A program made the position numbers and the translations under genes. A stretch of 64,000 nt of DNA. It comes from Cyanobacteria bacterium auto_48_18 (lineage in GTDB: Bacteria > Cyanobacteriota > Vampirovibrionia > Obscuribacterales > Obscuribacteraceae). Shown in pieces: positions 39,346 through 50,200 of this stretch. Every line of letters starts with the position of its first letter. The stretch's first letter is position 1. Under the pieces are notes generated by a model. It ran no database searches, was not told where the DNA came from, and saw only the letters and a list, made by a program, of their open reading frames with translations. The DNA is taken from contig JAVHQC010000011.1 of assembly GCA_036170915.1 (NCBI GenBank), forward strand, positions 32,001 through 96,000, written 5' to 3'.

Positions 39346-40155
39346 ATGTATACATTAGGTCATGCTGTAATTTTAATTATCGTTGTCGTCACCCTGGCCC
39401 TGATAGGCCAATGGGTCGTCAACCGCAGCGTCAAGCAAGATGTGCTTGAACAACACCACAGTGCTGGCGAAGCAATGATGGGTGTAGTGGGCACACTTTT
39501 TGCTGTCTTGCTTGGTTTCATGATTGCATCAGCTATGGATCGCTACAACGACGCCCGTATGCACGATGAGCAAGAGGCTAGTAACACTGCCAGTATTTTC
39601 CGCGTAGCCCGTGGCCTGTCTGATATTGACAGACCAAGAATCAGACAGCTTTGTCGTGACTATGTAAATGACGTCATTGATAGCGAGTGGCCAAAGATGG
39701 AACGCCGCGAAAAAATCAACCACGGATGGGAAACTTATCAGAAGTTATGGGAAGCTACCGTTGCAACCGTTCCAGAAAACGATAGGCAGAGTAATTTGCA
39801 GCAAGGCCTGATTGCTTCGATGCAAAATTTGGGCGAGCATCGCCGCGCTCGCATTATGTTGGCCCAGACTTCGATGCCGCCGGCTCTCTGGATTATTGTC
39901 GGTCTTGGCGCGGTGATTACAATTGTGTTGAGCTACATCTTTGCGTCGCAATTCCCAAAAATTCAAGCTGCAATGACTACTTTAGTAGCAACGGCACTTT
40001 CCCTCAATATCTGGCTGCTTTCGGCTTACAGCAACCCTTATAGCGGTGAGCTGAAAATTAAGCCGACAATGTTTTTACTTTTAAGAGAAAGTGTGATGCC
40101 TGTGCCTGATACGCCATCGCGCTATTTGCATGACACCAAGGAAGTAAGTAAATAG
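39346..40155 (+). CDS. DUF4239-like membrane protein
   Basis: GTLFAVLLGF, EW..M and PYSG...I.P motifs; four TM segments. Confidence 0.7.
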   Translation: MYTLGHAVILIIVVVTLALIGQWVVNRSVKQDVLEQHHSAGEAMMGVVGTLFAVLLGFMIASAMDRYNDARMHDEQEASNTASIFRVARGLSDIDRPRIRQLCRDYVNDVIDSEWPKMERREKINHGWETYQKLWEATVATVPENDRQSNLQQGLIASMQNLGEHRRARIMLAQTSMPPALWIIVGLGAVITIVLSYIFASQFPKIQAAMTTLVATALSLNIWLLSAYSNPYSGELKIKPTMFLLLRESVMPVPDTPSRYLHDTKEVSK

Positions 40156-40169
40156 CCGCAGGACCGTAA

Positions 40170-41441
40170 ATGGCTAGCTCAATTGAGACAAAGCAGAAAG
40201 TAATCAAATGCATTGAAGAACTGGGCAATGTTGTCACTGTTCCTTCAGTTGTACAGCATACCGGGTTGTCGCTCAGTGAAGCAAATTTACTCGTCAATCA
40301 GATTGGTGGCGATGTCGGAGCGCATCTCGCGGTAAGCGCTGATGGCCAAGTTACTTACAAATTTGAATCTGGCTTTGCCAATTACTATGCCTTGAAGGGA
40401 ATGACCAAAGTTCTCTATGCCATAGCATTCACAACTTTTGAGGCTGCGTTTTTTCTTGTGCGCATGTCTTTTGGTTTTATGCTGATCTTCAGCTTTCTTG
40501 TCATAGTGATCTTACTGATTGTCGGCATTGTGGCTCTGCTTGCGGCTCTGCGGGCTGACGACGCGCCAGATATCAGTGGTGGAAGCGCATTTGATATTGG
40601 TAGTATGGACCTTTCGTCCATTGGTGACGCCTTTTCATGGAGTTATACTCCAACGCACCAGGCTAGATTGAGGAAAAAGGAGCACAAAGGGCACTTCTTT
40701 CTTGAATGTTTTTCCTTTCTTTTCGGCGATGGCGACCCCAACTATAATTTCGACGAAGAAAAATGGAAGACCATCGCTCAAGTGCTCGCCACCAAGGGTG
40801 GAGTCGTATCAGCTCTTGAACTTGCACCATATACCGGTTTTACAGAAGAAAATGAGAAGGAACTATTTGCTGTGCTCGCCAGGTTTGATGGCAAACCAGA
40901 GGTGACGGAGAGCGGCAACATCGTTTATACATTTGAGCAATTCAAACCACAGGCGTTCAAGCCGAATATTGATCTTAATTCACCCCCGCCGCAGTCGATG
41001 CTTGAAAGATATTGGAATTTTAGTGTCTATCCAGACTTCTCCTTAATCAGAGTTTTTCTCTTCGCTGCCTTCAACTTATGGGGCAGCTGGTGGCTATGGA
41101 GGCACATTGCCACCATCAATGTTTTGCATCACTTCGTTCTAATTATTGATATTCTTCTCGCTTACTCCGCGTTCTTTTTGATCATTCCGCTTTTGCGTAT
41201 TGCTTTCATTATCTTTGCTAATTCTGCCATAGATGCCAGAAATGATAAGAAAGACGCCAGTGTTGAAGCACTTGAGGAGGAGTCTGCCAAACAAATCTTG
41301 CTAGAGGCTCAGGCAATGAGGCAGCTGGCAATTGAGAGTGAAAAATCGAAAAGTGATCATGGGCAAAAGATTGTTTACACCACAGAAAAGCCTGTTGATG
41401 AACAAGATGATGATAAATGGCCTGCCGTGCCAGAGCAGTGA
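40170..41441 (+). CDS. At5g03900/slr1603-like conserved membrane protein
   Basis: GAHLAVSADGQVTYKF, FSFLFGDGDPN and RFDGKPEVTESGNIVY motifs. Confidence 0.7.
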   Translation: MASSIETKQKVIKCIEELGNVVTVPSVVQHTGLSLSEANLLVNQIGGDVGAHLAVSADGQVTYKFESGFANYYALKGMTKVLYAIAFTTFEAAFFLVRMSFGFMLIFSFLVIVILLIVGIVALLAALRADDAPDISGGSAFDIGSMDLSSIGDAFSWSYTPTHQARLRKKEHKGHFFLECFSFLFGDGDPNYNFDEEKWKTIAQVLATKGGVVSALELAPYTGFTEENEKELFAVLARFDGKPEVTESGNIVYTFEQFKPQAFKPNIDLNSPPPQSMLERYWNFSVYPDFSLIRVFLFAAFNLWGSWWLWRHIATINVLHHFVLIIDILLAYSAFFLIIPLLRIAFIIFANSAIDARNDKKDASVEALEEESAKQILLEAQAMRQLAIESEKSKSDHGQKIVYTTEKPVDEQDDDKWPAVPEQ

Positions 41442-41475
41442 ACGACTAATTTCTTAGCCATCCACCGCTCTAACT

Positions 41476-42903
41476 TCACACCTGGTGCAATTTCCATTTA
41501 CCGACTTTGAATTGCCAGAGCATCAGTAGGCCCAGCATTACAGTTGGAATAGCAATCGCATACCAGCATCCGATTGGTCCCATTTTGAATGTAATCGTCA
41601 GTAGCCATGCCAGCGGTAAACGAATTACAGCCAAACAAATTACCGATGCCCACATCGGCCAGGTGGTGTAACCTGCTCCGTTCATGGCTCCCATCAAGAT
41701 CAACCAGATGGCCACAAATGGTTGCGCAATGCCAACAACTTGCAAATATTGCACGGTGTATTCGAGCACCAGCGGATCATTAGTCATTGCTGACGCCAGT
41801 GGTCGCGCTCCAAAAAAGAGAACGATTGCGATTAACGCGTTCACCCCTGCACCGAGCGAAGCAACCTTCCAGCCGGCTTCAGCCGCCCGTTCTGGTTGTT
41901 TAGCTCCCAGGTTTTGTCCGACAATTGTTGCTACTGCCATGCTTAAAGCATAGATAGGAAAACCACCGAGCATTTCTTCTAATCTCCACCCGATTCCCCA
42001 GGCTGCTTCCGTAGCAGTTGGATGAGCGGTGTGGGCAAAAATTACAAGCAATACTCCATTGCCGCCGACCCATGCCAAATCTTGTACACAGGCTGGAATG
42101 CCGATTTTCATCAGTCGCTTGAACCATTCAATAGATGCTTCTGCAAACATCTTTTTCAAATTTAAGCAGTCGCCCAAATCTGAACGCTTGAGCAATACAA
42201 GCGATAAAGTTAAACCGGAGATACTGGCAATGCCCCAGGACATGCCGATTCCAGCGCAACCTAAATGGAGTGGCCCAAGGCAGAGAAGGTAGTCGAGAGC
42301 GATAACCTGCGCTGTGATTATTGCCATAACCAACATCGGTACGCGGGTGTTGCCACGGGCGCGAAAAATTGAATTGCTTACCCAGAGCACCGTAAATGGT
42401 ATCTGAGCCAACAGATCAAATTTTAAATATTCCCAACCGAGTTTTTCAACTTCAGGAGACGCCCCAAGCAGGTGCAAAAGTGGGCGGCAGATTATCAGGC
42501 CAGTAGTGGCCGAGAAGATGCCGAATATAGCCGAAAACAGTAGTGCCTGCCTGGCAGCCACGATTGTTTTTGCCTTATCGCCTTCGCCCCAGAAACGGCT
42601 GACGAGCGCATTTGTACCTGATGACAGTGCCACTGCCAGAAGTATCATAAAGATTGAGATCTGCCCGCTCACGCCGATAGCAGCTTGAGCTTGCGAACCA
42701 AGTTTACCGGCAACCCAAATGTCAGCGAAGCTGGCAAATGCAATGGTTACCATGTTCAAGAATAGTGGCCATGACAGAGTCCAGATTGCGAGCCAGAGTG
42801 ACCCTTGTGTGATCGCTTCATGGTTTGCGTTCTTTTCTGGTGTCTGGTCTTCTAAATTACCAACATCTACATCGATGTCGATTTCACTTATATGTGCGTT
42901 CAT
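41476..42903 (-). CDS. MATE-family efflux transporter
   Basis: About 12 TMs; RARGNTRVPM, VGQNLGA and GAG.T..PM motifs; start uncertain (up to 43002). Confidence 0.92.
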   Translation of the reverse strand: MNAHISEIDIDVDVGNLEDQTPEKNANHEAITQGSLWLAIWTLSWPLFLNMVTIAFASFADIWVAGKLGSQAQAAIGVSGQISIFMILLAVALSSGTNALVSRFWGEGDKAKTIVAARQALLFSAIFGIFSATTGLIICRPLLHLLGASPEVEKLGWEYLKFDLLAQIPFTVLWVSNSIFRARGNTRVPMLVMAIITAQVIALDYLLCLGPLHLGCAGIGMSWGIASISGLTLSLVLLKRSDLGDCLNLKKMFAEASIEWFKRLMKIGIPACVQDLAWVGGNGVLLVIFAHTAHPTATEAAWGIGWRLEEMLGGFPIYALSMAVATIVGQNLGAKQPERAAEAGWKVASLGAGVNALIAIVLFFGARPLASAMTNDPLVLEYTVQYLQVVGIAQPFVAIWLILMGAMNGAGYTTWPMWASVICLAVIRLPLAWLLTITFKMGPIGCWYAIAIPTVMLGLLMLWQFKVGKWKLHQV

Positions 42904-43133
42904 TTGTTCCTCGTTTGCGGCCGAGGCCGCCTTTGCTGAATCGATAGAAACGGAAATTGGCCCCATCTTTGCGAAAAATGGGCACAAAAAAACCAACAGC
43001 ACGCGCCAAGCCCGGAGGGCAAGTTGTCGCAGACCATTGGTAGTCAGTTAATATCTCATACCTCTACCTTACCTTCTTTTTTGCAAAAGGCAATAGTTTG
43101 TTAAGTGGAGGAATTGAATTATTTATCGCTGCG

Positions 43134-43721
43134 CTAAGGTCTTCGAGTTGGACCAAAGCAAGCTGGAATCATTCTACAAATAGGGAAAAGTTTTTTTGTT
43201 TGCGGGTCTACCTGAGCAAGTGATGGCGAGTACCCGTCCGTACAGAAACGGTAAAGCGCTGGGAACTCTGTTCTATACATAGCTTTTCTGTTTAAATCAA
43301 GTTTCAAAATTGCTAGCAACAATTTGTTATTGAGTTGTGCTGAACCAGTTTGTTTGATCCATTTTAAATGCCCGATTTTAAAGGTCTTATCGATTTGAAA
43401 TTCTATGCAAGCTATTGACTCGGGATGAGGCCATGCCTCTAGAATCTTTGTAAGTAATTCCGAAATGGCAGAATCGAAAGGCCCATTGTCTATAACTGCG
43501 AGCTGTTCTTCTAAATTAGCCCGCAGTTTCTGCAGGTCGACCAGGCGCTGTTGCTCATCTGATTTTTCTTCAATGAGTGACAATCGATCAAGATAGTTCT
43601 TTTCGCCCACACCTTTGCTGTTTCCGTATTTCAATCGTTCTACAAACACTGAACGATTCGATTCATAGTTTTCCTGACCATATGCGCCCAGCGGCATAAC
43701 GAGCAACAAAATCGGCGTCAC
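43134..43721 (-). CDS. Hypothetical protein (possible TonB-C-like C-terminus)
   Basis: KI..AW, IEFQID and QTGS..LN pattern; weak. Confidence 0.5.
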   Translation of the reverse strand: MTPILLLVMPLGAYGQENYESNRSVFVERLKYGNSKGVGEKNYLDRLSLIEEKSDEQQRLVDLQKLRANLEEQLAVIDNGPFDSAISELLTKILEAWPHPESIACIEFQIDKTFKIGHLKWIKQTGSAQLNNKLLLAILKLDLNRKAMYRTEFPALYRFCTDGYSPSLAQVDPQTKKLFPICRMIPACFGPTRRP

Positions 43722-43813
43722 CGTAAGCTGATAGAAAAGTTTTTGCCGATGATACTTTTGCGAGTTCGTACAATCACCCTTGCTTGTAATCCTATATTTG
43801 ATACGTTACTCCT

Positions 43814-44392
43814 ATGAGTATCTGTTTCATCAATAATTTAACCAATTCAAGGTTAAGCCTTCTATTTGCAGGGCTTCTAGTCTCTACCATGATTTTGATG
43901 AATCAAGTTTGTTTCCATAAATTACTGATTCCACGAGAAATCCGGTGTGCTCTATTTAAACAAGCTCAGTTGGCGTATTGCAAACATGATTATCTTCAGT
44001 CTGAAAGTCTCTGGCGCCTGTTGATATGGCTGGACAAACAGCATATTAGTTGTGAGGTTGAAGTTTGGTGTACTGAGATCTGGTTGGCAGACTCCTTGAT
44101 GGAGCATGGTGCATTTGCTGAAGCTGAGCCACTTTTGATTGAGGCTGTTGGAATAAGTCGTCGGATTGGTGCACACCCGTCCACAGAGATGTCATTGTCT
44201 ACGTGGAGGCTGGCTAGTCTATATCTGGCACAGCGTCGGTGGAAAGAGGCCGAGGCTATGTATTCGCAATGCCTGGAGATTCGGAGAAATGCGTTTGGGA
44301 TTGGACACCCGAAGGTCACCAGTGCTGTAGAGCGATTGGCCCTTGTTCGCAAAGTTCAAGCAGGCCGTGCGACGGCTGTACTACGTCCGTGA
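43814..44392 (+). CDS. TPR protein with N-terminal TM segment
   Basis: LASLYLAQRRWKEAEAMY...GHP TPR units. Confidence 0.75.
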   Translation: MSICFINNLTNSRLSLLFAGLLVSTMILMNQVCFHKLLIPREIRCALFKQAQLAYCKHDYLQSESLWRLLIWLDKQHISCEVEVWCTEIWLADSLMEHGAFAEAEPLLIEAVGISRRIGAHPSTEMSLSTWRLASLYLAQRRWKEAEAMYSQCLEIRRNAFGIGHPKVTSAVERLALVRKVQAGRATAVLRP

Positions 44393-44455
44393 ATGCGCAC
44401 TGAAGCCTTTAGAAATGCTAAATTAGCAGCCTAAAGCCTCGTTGAGAATTCTCAA

Positions 44456-47038
44456 ATTAAGCATTTACCAATCGACGATATTTTGCCTCAGGTCATTTCA
44501 GATCTCACAAGCAGTGAGAGCGGTGCTCTCGTGCTCATTGCTGCGCCTGGTGCTGGTAAGACGACGCGAGTACCACCAGCTATCCTTGATAGCGGCCTGG
44601 CTGACCTTGCTGGTGGTGCAGGTCAAATTGTTGTACTTCAACCGCGCCGGGTCGCGGCACGTGCTGCAGCATCGCGCATGTCTGATGAGCGCGGCACCAA
44701 AATTGGCGAAGAGATTGGCTATCAGGTTCGTCACGAAAGCAGAGCTTCTGCTCGCACACGCATACTCGTGTGCACTGAAGGCGTTTTTCTCAGGCGTTTG
44801 CAGAAAGATCCTTTGCTTGAAAAAATAGCCGTGGTTATTTTTGATGAGTTTCACGAGCGTAGCCTTGATAGCGATCTAGCATTGGCTCTAGTCAGGCAAG
44901 TGCGCAATGAATTGCGGTCGGATCTGAAAATCATTGTTATGTCGGCCACTCTTGACGCCGAACCTGTGAGCCATTACTTGGCGAATTGTCCGGTAGTAAA
45001 TAGCCCAGGTCGTACTTATCCGGTCAACATCGAGTATCTGCAATCTTCGCCCAATCCAAGTAACCTTGAGCAGACAGTTTGCGATGGTGTCAAACGAATG
45101 ATCAGCCATAGTGATGGTCACATTCTGGCTTTCCTGCCTGGTGTTGGCGAAATTCGCAGAACGCAAGAACTGCTTGAAGCAACTGCCGCACGTGATGATT
45201 TATTGTTGCTTCCACTATATGGCGACTTGCCATTAGAGGAACAGCACCGCGTATTAAGCGAATCGAGTAAACGCAAAGTGGTGCTTGCTACCAATATTGC
45301 AGAAACTTCCTTGACTATTGATGGTGTTACAGCTGTTGTCGATAGCGGTATGGCCCGAGTGAACAGGTTGGATGCGCGATTGGGTCTCAATCGCCTGGCG
45401 CTCGAACGCATTTCGCAAGCATCTGCTGACCAGCGGGCTGGTCGTGCCGGTCGCACCACCAGTGGTTCATGCCTTCGCTTGTGGACCGAGCGCGAGCATA
45501 GAAACATTGCAGCTTTTACTTCTCCCGAAATCGAACGAGTTGATTTATCTGAATGCGTGTTACAGCTTTTTGCCTGGGGAGAGAATGATCCAAAGGCATT
45601 CAGCTGGTTCGAGCAGCCGCCAGAAGGAAGCCTCAACCGGTCTTTGGAATTACTTGAGCGCTTAGACGCATTAGCGAATGGCAAATTGACACCGCTTGGT
45701 GGCAAGATGGCGCTCTTACCACTTCAGCCCAGGCTGGCTCGGCTACTTTTGACAGGAGCAGAATTGGGTCGCCTCAAGGATGCAGCCCTTTGTGCGGCCC
45801 TGCTGGCAGAGCGCGATCCGCTTAAGCGCTCCACTGAAAATAAGGGAGCCGCTCACAAGTCAGAATCTGACGTTCTGGACCGAATCTGGGCCCTCAAAGA
45901 GTTTGCAGATAGCGGACACAGGCACTCTTTTGTCGGCGAGCTTATGGTAAATCAGGCTAAGCAAATTTTACGTGCTGCCGAACAACTCACTCGTCTCGTG
46001 AGTGACTCAGGCACTGCAGGCAGTGACAAACAGCTTAGCGACACGTCAGGCAATAAGACATCTGCAAAAGCAGATGAAGCGGTGATGCAGGCTTTGATGC
46101 TAGCGTTTGTCGATCGCATTTGTCGTCGTCGAGAGACTGGTGGCAGAACGGCAATAATGGTGGGTGGCAGGGGTGTGCGGCTTTCCAATGACTCAGCTGT
46201 CACTGAAGCAGAATTTTTCGTCGCGGTAGAACTTGCTGAAACCGGGCAATCTGAAGCCACTGTCAGGCAAGCTTCAGCTATCGAGAAAAGCTGGTTACCT
46301 AAGTCGCACCTTTCTACAAGTACTGATGTTTTTTACGACACTGTGCGTGAGAAAGTCTTGGCATTGAAGCGCACTCGATTTTGCGATCTAGTTATTGAAG
46401 AAACAGTGTCAGCTATGCCTGAAGGCGTCGATACCGGTGAAGTGCTGGCTCAAGGTCTAATAGCAACCGGCGCAGATCTAGCCACCTTAGTTGACGAGCA
46501 GACTTTTCAATATTTGGCTCGCATAAACTATCTGCGTGAAAATTTGCCAGAACTAAATCTACCCGAGTTTTCGAGCGAGCCCTGGCGCGATTTATTGTCG
46601 CAGTGGTGCGCTGGCTCTTCAAGCCTCGCAGAGCTCAAGGCATGTTCATTTTTATCAATTTTGCAATCGCAACTTGATCATCAGCAGCTATCGACAATTG
46701 ACTCTGAGGCTCCCGAACGTCTACTCGTGCCCAGTGGCAATCTAATCAAAATTCATTACGAGAGTGGTAAGCAGCCGGTTCTAGCTGTGCGAATTCAAGA
46801 ATTATTTGGAATGGCCGCAACTCCAAAAATTGCCAGGTCGCGTCAATCTGTGTTATTGCATCTACTGGCTCCAAATTATAGAGTGCAGCAAATCACTGAC
46901 GATCTTGCGAGTTTCTGGAAGAATACATATGGCGATGTGAAAAAAGATCTGAAAGCTCGTTATCCTAAACACTCATGGCCTGATAATCCGTTGATTGCAC
47001 AGGCTGAGAGTCGGCCAAAGAGGCGGATTCAATCGTAA
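44456..47038 (+). CDS. hrpB: ATP-dependent RNA helicase HrpB
   Basis: PGAGKTT, DEFHER, SAT, QRAGRAGR and C-terminal RYPKH.WP motifs; first canonical start is TTG 44483, ATT 44456 proposed. Confidence 0.95.
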   Translation: MKHLPIDDILPQVISDLTSSESGALVLIAAPGAGKTTRVPPAILDSGLADLAGGAGQIVVLQPRRVAARAAASRMSDERGTKIGEEIGYQVRHESRASARTRILVCTEGVFLRRLQKDPLLEKIAVVIFDEFHERSLDSDLALALVRQVRNELRSDLKIIVMSATLDAEPVSHYLANCPVVNSPGRTYPVNIEYLQSSPNPSNLEQTVCDGVKRMISHSDGHILAFLPGVGEIRRTQELLEATAARDDLLLLPLYGDLPLEEQHRVLSESSKRKVVLATNIAETSLTIDGVTAVVDSGMARVNRLDARLGLNRLALERISQASADQRAGRAGRTTSGSCLRLWTEREHRNIAAFTSPEIERVDLSECVLQLFAWGENDPKAFSWFEQPPEGSLNRSLELLERLDALANGKLTPLGGKMALLPLQPRLARLLLTGAELGRLKDAALCAALLAERDPLKRSTENKGAAHKSESDVLDRIWALKEFADSGHRHSFVGELMVNQAKQILRAAEQLTRLVSDSGTAGSDKQLSDTSGNKTSAKADEAVMQALMLAFVDRICRRRETGGRTAIMVGGRGVRLSNDSAVTEAEFFVAVELAETGQSEATVRQASAIEKSWLPKSHLSTSTDVFYDTVREKVLALKRTRFCDLVIEETVSAMPEGVDTGEVLAQGLIATGADLATLVDEQTFQYLARINYLRENLPELNLPEFSSEPWRDLLSQWCAGSSSLAELKACSFLSILQSQLDHQQLSTIDSEAPERLLVPSGNLIKIHYESGKQPVLAVRIQELFGMAATPKIARSRQSVLLHLLAPNYRVQQITDDLASFWKNTYGDVKKDLKARYPKHSWPDNPLIAQAESRPKRRIQS

Positions 47039-47278
47039 TTTTGTGGTAGTGCACATCACTAAATGACATCTATCAAAAAAATAATCTTTCCAACGGAAAC
47101 AAAATTTTTTTCAGAACGTCAAGCCCGAAAAATGTTGCCAGGGCGAGATTTTCGCCTCATTTTATTTGATAAGATACCGCGTGTTTCCTGAAGCCAATCC
47201 AGTGATCGGTCAGCGACCGATGACAATGAAAGCGCGCATTCTAATGCGACCTTGTGGCAATTATAATGGGGTATCGAA

Positions 47279-50200
47279 ATGGCACGCACTCGAATTTACG
47301 CCGCAGTCCTCTTCTCTTGTTTGGCGTTTTCTCCGCTTGCCATTGCCAAATCGCATCAGGCAGAGGGAGCACTTCTCAAAAGAGGTGCCTCGCAGATCTC
47401 CAAGATTTCAGCACCCAGAGCGGATTATTTCTTAACGCACATTAGTACGGATAAGCCAATTTATCGTGTTGGTGAGAAGGTATATTTTCGTGGCGTAATG
47501 CTGAATGCATCAGATCGAAAGCCCTTAGCTGACAACTCTAATACTAACGCTGCTATCCAGATTCGAAGCCCAAAAGGCGAAGTAATTTTTAGTGGTACGG
47601 CCCGCACGCAAGATAGTGTTTGGTCCTTTGAGTGGCCGGTCTCGGCCGGACAGGCTGGCGGTGAGTATACCGTGTTGGCAACTTATCCATGGCAAGGCTA
47701 CGCGCCAGCTGAGAGAAAGTTTGACATCAGAGCCTATAGAGCTCCACGACTAAATTCTCAGATAAGTTTTTTGCGCGACGGCTACGGACCGGGAGAAAAA
47801 GTAACGGCCACATTGGAAGTGAAGCGCGCTGAAGGGGGTATTCCGGCCGGCGCAAATGTTTCAGTCAGTGCCCGCGTTGATGGCGTTGCTATCGACGGCG
47901 GCCGTGGAACCGTGGACGAAAAAGGTTTCTGTTCGGTCAGTTTCGTTCTACCTTCAGAAATTTCACGTGGCGAGGGTACGTTAGCCCTCGCCATTGCAGA
48001 TGGTGGTGTTGTTGAGACAGCGTCAAAAACAATTCCAATACTCCTAAAAAAAGTAGACCTTCACATTTATCCTGAAGGTGGCGAACTTATTGGTGGTTTT
48101 AAGAACCGTGTTTACGTGCAGGCAAATCAGCTTAATGGGAAACCTGCAGATTTGGAAGCAGAAGTTCTTACCTATATTGGTGGTGGTAAAACCAGTGCTG
48201 TTGCGCATTTTTGCACTGAGCATGAGGGTCGCGGACGTTTTGAGTTTAGGCCCGAATCAAATCGGCAATATTTTTTGAAAATATTGAATCCCTCCGGAAT
48301 TGAAAAAACGTATGAGCTGCCGGCCGTAAAAGATGCCGGTGCAATAATCTCTTCTGACAAAGAGGTTTTCGAAAGAGGAAAACCAGTTACTGTTCATTTA
48401 GGCTCAACGCGAAAGAAGATTCGAGTAACAATCTCCAAGCGTGGTGTTGATCTTGCTACCGTTCACGCCACCATGAGTGGTAGCACGCGGCACTCGGACT
48501 TAAAGACTATAGTCTTACCTTTGCCTTCCGAAGCAGACGGCGTGCTCACTGCTACGGTTTGGGATGAAGACGGTCTGCCACTTGCCGAACGTTTGATTTT
48601 CCGGCAACAAGCAAAACCCCTCAATGTGACCCTTAGCCTAGACAAGGAGAACTATATTCCGGGCCAAAACGCATCTGTGAAGGTAAAAGCTACCGATATT
48701 GATGGCAAGCCCGTGTCAGCTATTATTGGTGTAACTGTCACTGATGAAAGCGTACTGCAAATGATTGAGAAGCGGGAGCATGCACCACGGCTCCCTATCA
48801 TGGTTTTATTGGAGCCCGAAGTAAAAGATCTGGCTGATGCACATGTCTATTTGGATGAAAATAATTCTAAGGCACCACTGGCCACCGACCTTTTACTTGG
48901 CACACAAGGCTGGCGCCGTTTCGCCCAAATTGACGTAAACAAATTTATACAGGTCAATGGTGACAAGGGTCGCCGTGCTATTTCGGCTGCGTTGCCTAAA
49001 GTAAGTTCGTTAGGAACAGGCATTGGAGCTTTGGCAGGCGGCCGGATTGTGGCAGGAAGAATCGGGGAATTCGGCAAAATTCTGCGTCCAGACAATCGCG
49101 TCCAAATTCCAAATGAGATTGGGCGGGTGGAAGGCCCGCGCGACATGAATATGTTTCAAGTTGAACCCACCGTCGTTGATGAACGCCATTTCTCATCAGG
49201 CCGGGCCGAAAGACATCAGAAAACGAGCCCTACTTTACCCGATGGAGCACCAGTTCCTGATGACGACGGCGCAAGTGGAACTGTAGATAGGTTTACGTTC
49301 TTCAGGTCAAATTTGGGTAGCCCGGTCGCCGTGGTGCGCGAGTTTGCTCATCAGGTACGTCAGAACAGACAGGCTAACGATCGCAGTGATTTTCAGGAAA
49401 CTATCTATTGGAATGCCGCAGTTAAAACAGATGCAAATACAGGCGAAGGCACTATCAATTTTGGTTTAAATGACAGTGTAACTACATTCCAAGTTTTTGC
49501 TGATGCCTTTTCGAATGATGGCTCAATTGGTGCCACCAGTATGGGCTTGAAATCGGTTCAGCCTTTCTATGCTGAAGCAAAGCTACCTTTAGAGGTGACT
49601 ACCGGTGATCAAATATTTCTTCCCATTAGTCTTGTGAATGCTACCAGCAGTTCGCTTGCAAACACTAAAACTACTGTTGATTTGGCCGGCCCATTTAAAG
49701 TGATGCCCCTATTAAATCAGTTACAAGAACTAGCCGCGGGCGCACGTGAGCGTTATATACAAGCCATTGATGTAGGATTCGGAAAAGGATTGATGAATTT
49801 CATTCTGCATGCAAATGCTGGCTCTTATGAGGACAAAGTAACACGTCAGCTCTTAGTTGTGCCAAAGGGTTTTCCTGTAGAAAAAACATTTGGTGGCTTA
49901 CTTGAACCCGGCAAAAAGATCTCTCTAAAAATCATTATTGACAAAAATGTGGTGCCAGAAAGCATTTCCTCTAACACTGCAGTTTATCCTACTCCACTAG
50001 CGAATATGACCGGTGCTCTAGAAAGAATGATTCAAGAGCCAAATGGTTGTTTTGAACAAACGTCGTCTACGAGCTATCCACTAACTATGGCTCAGCAATA
50101 TTTCCTTTCGCACTCAGGTGTTTCACCCAAGTTGATTGAAACATCGCGCGAAACTTTGGACAGGGGTTACAAGAAACTGATTAGCTTCTGGTGCCCAGAT

